Positions 26,388 to 28,912 of a stretch of 28,912 bases of DNA are shown here, one piece after another (the first letter of the stretch is position 1; each line of letters starts with the position of its first letter). This DNA is from a virus (lineage: Duplodnaviria; Heunggongvirae; Uroviricota; Caudoviricetes), in IMG/VR virus record IMGVR_UViG_2579778564_000015, positions 1 through 28,912 of that record, one strand, 5' to 3'. The translations under genes were made by a program, and so were the position numbers. The notes under the pieces are model-generated. The model worked only from the letters and a program-made list of their open reading frames with translations. It was not told the origin of the DNA and did not search any database.

Positions 26388-27067
26388 TACATACGCTCCT
26401 TGTAGTAGTCGACCAGCCACACCAAGGCTTCACCGGCGTTCTCCATTTCGTTACCGGTATTGATTCCCTGCTCTTTGATGATGGTTTTGATGGTGTCGGC
26501 GACGCGATCTGACGCATCAAACGTCACTTTGAAGCGCATCGTCTGGTGTTCAGCGCCGACTCGCTCGGTTTTCTCGCGTTTGTCCTCATCGATCGGCTCG
26601 TCATCGCCACGGGAGAGCGCTTCCAGCGCTTCAAGATCGATAACGGACGCTTTTGCGAGTGTTGCAGCCATTTCGTCGTCATACGGGGCGATATCGGACA
26701 ATCGGTAGTCGATTTCAGACTGGATTTCTTCGATTAAGCGCTGCAAAGCGACCTGATCGTCTTCGCCGTAGCGCTCGTTATCGACCAGGGACATCTGTTT
26801 GGCTACCAGGTCGTTAATTTTGCCCACAGAGATGACTGGAACCGTTGAAATCCCCTGCTCCATCGCGGCACGCCAGCGGTGTTCACCACCGAGGATCTCA
26901 AAAACGTCGCCGTCCAGCTCCCGCGCCAGAATTGGCTTAAAAAAGCCCAATTTTTCGATAGAGCCTTTCAGCTTTTCGAAGTTTTGCGCCCCAACGGAGT
27001 TGGTATTCCAGGGATTCGGACGCAGGTTAGCGACTTCCACCTGCAGAATCGTAATTTTCACATCCAT
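26387..27067 (-). CDS. ParB/Srx N-terminal-domain protein (226 aa)
   Basis: LRPNPWNTN...SIEKLGFFKPILAR...ILGGEHRWRAA. ATG 27067 preferred because ATG 27085 overlaps a -10-like hexamer. Confidence 0.88.
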   Translation of the reverse strand: MDVKITILQVEVANLRPNPWNTNSVGAQNFEKLKGSIEKLGFFKPILARELDGDVFEILGGEHRWRAAMEQGISTVPVISVGKINDLVAKQMSLVDNERYGEDDQVALQRLIEEIQSEIDYRLSDIAPYDDEMAATLAKASVIDLEALEALSRGDDEPIDEDKREKTERVGAEHQTMRFKVTFDASDRVADTIKTIIKEQGINTGNEMENAGEALVWLVDYYKERM

Positions 27068-27083
27068 AATTCTGATACAATCC

Positions 27084-27110
27084 ATTGTATAAGTACTTAC
27101 TTACTATAAT
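27084..27110. promoter_or_regulatory. Divergent promoter region with motif copy 7 (TGTATAAGTA-CT-TACTTACTAT, 27086-27107)
   Basis: Perfect core flanked by TATAAT (27105-27110, plus strand) and TACAAT (27089-27084, minus strand). Confidence 0.75.
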
Positions 27111-27149
27111 AGCCAATTACCATACAAAAGGCACGAAGGAAAGAGATTT

Positions 27150-28709
27150 ATGACAGTTCGGATTGTATCTAATGCAGTCAATGCGCTGATTTCTGGCGCT
27201 GATGACAACGTGAAGCGGCTCGTTCAGGAGATGTTAAGCTATGAGGTGGAGGCTGGTGACTGGAAAGGAACCAGCACGATGTTCAACTGGAGTAAAAACG
27301 CTTTCCCGGCTGGGTTTGCGAAGCCAGTTGTGTCCAACCTTCTAAAAGCCGGCATCAAATGCGTGCATGTCCGCAAGGAAAAAGCCCCCGCGCTGGGCAA
27401 GCCGAACCCGGTAGTTAACCCATTCCCGTATAACCCGGACTATGCGTATCAGGATCAGACAGTGGAAACACTGGTGCGTGAAGGGATGATGATCGCCCAG
27501 ATTGCGACGGGTGGCGGTAAATCGAACGTAGCGTGTAAGGCAGCTGCTCGCATTGGTCGTATGACGCTGTTTTTAACCACGCGATCGGTTCTGATGTTCC
27601 AGATGGCAGAGAACTTCCAGAAATCCATCGACTACCGCGCGGAGAATGGCGAGCCGTGGCTTAAAGGGCAAAAAGTTGGAATCATAGGGTCTGGGGAGTT
27701 TCAGGTATCACGCCATATCAACGTCGCAACAGTACAAACCCTGGCCAGCTTTCTTGAAGAGCCTCCACGTGATGCTTCGTCTAGTAAAAAAACTTACCAT
27801 CTCAAGCGTCGAGAACTAGTGAAAAACTTTCTTTCCAGCGTTTCACTGCTCATTCTTGAAGAGGCTCACGAGTCATCAGGCTCAAATTTCTACGATATCT
27901 CACGACTATGCATTAATGCCGATTATCGACTTGCATTAACGGCAACACCGTTCATGAAAGACTCAACTGAAGCTAACATGCGTTTAATGGCAGTAGCTGG
28001 CCGTATTGAGATAAAGGTCACAGAGAAGTATCTGATTGATAGAGGCATTTTAGCTAAACCGTACTTTCTTTATCATAAAATCGCGTACACTCCTGATGAG
28101 GCGCGAATCCGTTCTGAACTAGCATCAAAACATCTAAATTTCAGAGTTGGTATGAGTACCGCATACCAAAAAGCATATCAGTTAGGTATTGTTTATAATC
28201 TGGCACGTAACGACACCATCGTCCGTGAAGCCTTGATGTATAAAAGTCATGGTCTGAATTGCATGACGCTGGTTCGCTTAAAACGTCACGGACAAATTCT
28301 GATGGAAATGATGAAAGAAAGCGGTCTAAATGTCGACTTCATATACGGAGAGTCAAATCAGGCAACAAGACAAGCAAAACTTAACAGTCTGGCTTCGGGT
28401 AAAATCGATGTCCTGATTGGTTCAACTATATTGGATGTTGGTGTCGATGTGCCAAGTGTTGGGGCGGTGATTTTGGCTGGTGGCGGAAAAGCAGAGGTTG
28501 AAATGCGCCAGCGAGTTGGCCGCGGTCTGCGATCTAAAAAAAATCAGGCTAATGTATGTTTCATTACCGATTTCATTGACGTGTCAAATAAACATCTGAT
28601 GTCGCATTCATATGAGCGGAAGAACATCATAGATACAACACCTGGTTTTGCTGAAGGCGTATTGCCAGTAGACAGCACCTTCGATTTTACTGTTTTGAAA
28701 AGAGAGTAA
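27150..28709 (+). CDS. Superfamily 2 DExH-type helicase/ATPase (519 aa)
   Basis: Motif I IATGGGKS, motif II LILEEAHES, motif III LTATP, motif V GVDVP, motif VI QRVGRGLR. Confidence 0.92.
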   Translation: MTVRIVSNAVNALISGADDNVKRLVQEMLSYEVEAGDWKGTSTMFNWSKNAFPAGFAKPVVSNLLKAGIKCVHVRKEKAPALGKPNPVVNPFPYNPDYAYQDQTVETLVREGMMIAQIATGGGKSNVACKAAARIGRMTLFLTTRSVLMFQMAENFQKSIDYRAENGEPWLKGQKVGIIGSGEFQVSRHINVATVQTLASFLEEPPRDASSSKKTYHLKRRELVKNFLSSVSLLILEEAHESSGSNFYDISRLCINADYRLALTATPFMKDSTEANMRLMAVAGRIEIKVTEKYLIDRGILAKPYFLYHKIAYTPDEARIRSELASKHLNFRVGMSTAYQKAYQLGIVYNLARNDTIVREALMYKSHGLNCMTLVRLKRHGQILMEMMKESGLNVDFIYGESNQATRQAKLNSLASGKIDVLIGSTILDVGVDVPSVGAVILAGGGKAEVEMRQRVGRGLRSKKNQANVCFITDFIDVSNKHLMSHSYERKNIIDTTPGFAEGVLPVDSTFDFTVLKRE

Positions 28710-28711
28710 TC

Positions 28712-28912
28712 ATGAGCGAAAAACGAGCTACGTATTGTCAGGTTCCATTGACAGAGAAGGCAAACGACAAACTGGAAGCCTTTCAAAATCGATTGCGTGA
28801 ACGGAACATCAAGCTATCTAAAGCTGAAATTATAAATTTGGTGTTATCAAAAATGACAATATCTGATTTTGACAAAGCAGCAACATCACTAGAGGCTACG
28901 ACAAAAGCTCGT
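28712..28912 (+). CDS. Probable ribbon-helix-helix DNA-binding protein, truncated by the window edge
   Basis: Not in the ORF track. 67 open codons MSEKRATYCQVPLTEKANDKLEAFQNRLRERNIKLSKAEIINLVLSKM...; strand-helix-SKAEII-helix pattern. Confidence 0.6.
   Translation, partial: MSEKRATYCQVPLTEKANDKLEAFQNRLRERNIKLSKAEIINLVLSKMTISDFDKAATSLEATTKAR

Larger units (their letters stand above)
1..28912. mobile_element. Temperate siphophage / probable SSU5-pHCM2-like phage-plasmid, morphogenesis region
   Basis: Full terminase-portal-scaffold-capsid-neck-tail tube-tape measure-M/L/K/I/J-fibre order with no visible frameshift or premature stop. Phage identity is clear. The phage-plasmid group is recalled from synteny (ParB pair, ABC ATPase and helicase next to the terminase); no rep or par locus lies in the window. 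Confidence 0.8.

Noticed and set aside
25719-27067. Plasmid partition locus
   Set aside because: No adjacent ParA, no obvious HTH and no parS-like array; the genes are coupled to the ATPase and GNAT.
6968-27085. Longer N-termini in the ORF track for K, M, the stopper, TerL and both ParB genes
   Set aside because: Downstream ATGs have better RBS or stop/start overlap; the extensions overlap neighbouring genes, hairpins or promoter elements.
1639-27107. Repeated palindrome as a CRISPR repeat, iteron set or att site
   Set aside because: Copies are kilobases apart and degenerate, with no spacer array, cas gene or integrase.
372-28786. Many 60-200 aa ORFs antisense or out of frame to the main genes (e.g. 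656-1063, 2905-3252, 9233-9799, 24427-25224, 25803-26405)
   Set aside because: Shadow ORFs of Ala-rich or biased coding sequence, with no RBS, motif or operon support.

Overview
A contiguous head-and-tail (morphogenesis) region of a long-tailed, siphovirus-type temperate phage of Enterobacterales. Gene content and order match what I recall of SSU5/pHCM2-like phage-plasmids; that assignment is from memory, not a search. On the minus strand, reading right to left: two ParB/Srx-domain genes, a stand-alone ABC ATPase, a small ORF, a GNAT-fold protein, a LexA-like winged-helix protein, terminase small and large subunits, portal, scaffold, major capsid, two paralogous head-associated proteins, head-tail joining genes, major tail tube protein, tail chaperones with a probable -1 frameshift, tape measure, lambda-like M, L, K, I and J tail-tip genes, and a side tail fibre that runs off the left edge. 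An SF2 helicase and a probable ribbon-helix-helix protein are transcribed divergently at the right end. No integrase, lysis gene, prohead protease, tRNA or CRISPR array was seen. The two most interesting unexplained signals are (1) a 22-bp palindrome, consensus TAGRTAAGTA-N2-TACYTAYYTA, at seven positions, each just upstream of a gene start, and (2) the ParB-ParB-ABC ATPase-small ORF-GNAT-wHTH operon in front of the terminase, a candidate packaging-linked DNA modification system. Product calls rest on motifs read by eye and on synteny. Several start codons were moved from the supplied ORF track using RBS and stop/start overlap evidence.
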